Assembly: GCA_951406725.2 (NCBI GenBank)
Contig: OX597817.1
Coordinates: 58,838,001 to 58,902,000 of the forward strand
Source of the DNA: Octopus vulgaris
Taxonomy: Eukaryota
Direction: 5' to 3'
Length of the DNA stretch: 64,000 nt
The notes under the pieces are model-generated. The model saw nothing but the letters and a program-made list of their open reading frames with translations, searched no databases and had not been told where the DNA came from. A program made the translations under genes and the position numbers. Positions 63,634 through 64,000 of the stretch are shown piece by piece; positions within the stretch are counted from its first letter, which is position 1; every line of letters begins with the position of its first letter.

Positions 63634-64000
63634 CTCCCATCTGAGAAAATGAGTCCCGCGAGGTGAGGTGGTTGTTGCAGCGAGTGTGTTTCTGGCTATT
63701 CTCCATGGCAACACCTTTGTCCGTGAGGTGCAGCTAAGCACACACCACTTGATCTGGGGCCTACAATCTATCACACCCCACCACATCTTCTGCTGCTTAA
63801 CCCCACCTCTTTTTACCCTTTTCGTTCTTTCTTTCTTTCTTTAGTTGTGGGGGTGGGGGTTCCTCGATTTAATCTTTGAGACCTTTAATGTCCCCCCCTC
63901 CTTTTATTCCTGTAAAAATATATTGCTAATAATTAATTGGTCCTCCGTCGGTTGCGACGACGAGGGGTTCCAGTTGATCCGATCACCGGAACAGCCTGTT

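Overview
Repeat-dominated, AT-rich eukaryotic (animal) DNA. The extreme density of (TA)n/(CA)n/(TACA)n/(TAGA)n/(TAA)n/(GAT)n microsatellites and the SINE families resemble octopus genomes; this assignment is an inference. Only one host coding exon is recognisable: the first exon of a procollagen galactosyltransferase (COLGALT/GLT25D, GT25) on the minus strand at 11816-12063. No second exon was recognised in the window. The rest is a layered transposon landscape: dozens of tRNA-derived SINEs (at least 4 families), decayed RTE LINEs, three stacked R4/Dong 3' fragments in a (TAA)n tract, a HERO-clade fragment, Tc1/mariner relics, hAT-, Merlin- and Tigger-like MITEs, and Helentron-associated (HINE/DINE-like) elements. 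The most notable signal is about ten minimal type I hammerhead-ribozyme motifs from several unrelated short elements. Most sit next to (TA)n tracts, have palindromic stem III loops, and some occur as inverted duplications; this is the signature of Penelope-like retroelement pseudo-LTRs. They include one motif with an intact core and a 65-nt stem II (46992-47085) and one G3-C8 core-swap variant (23320-23366). Nearly all ORFs in the supplied track are microsatellite or SINE artefacts. Repeat boundaries were read by eye and are approximate unless a TSD or TIR is quoted.
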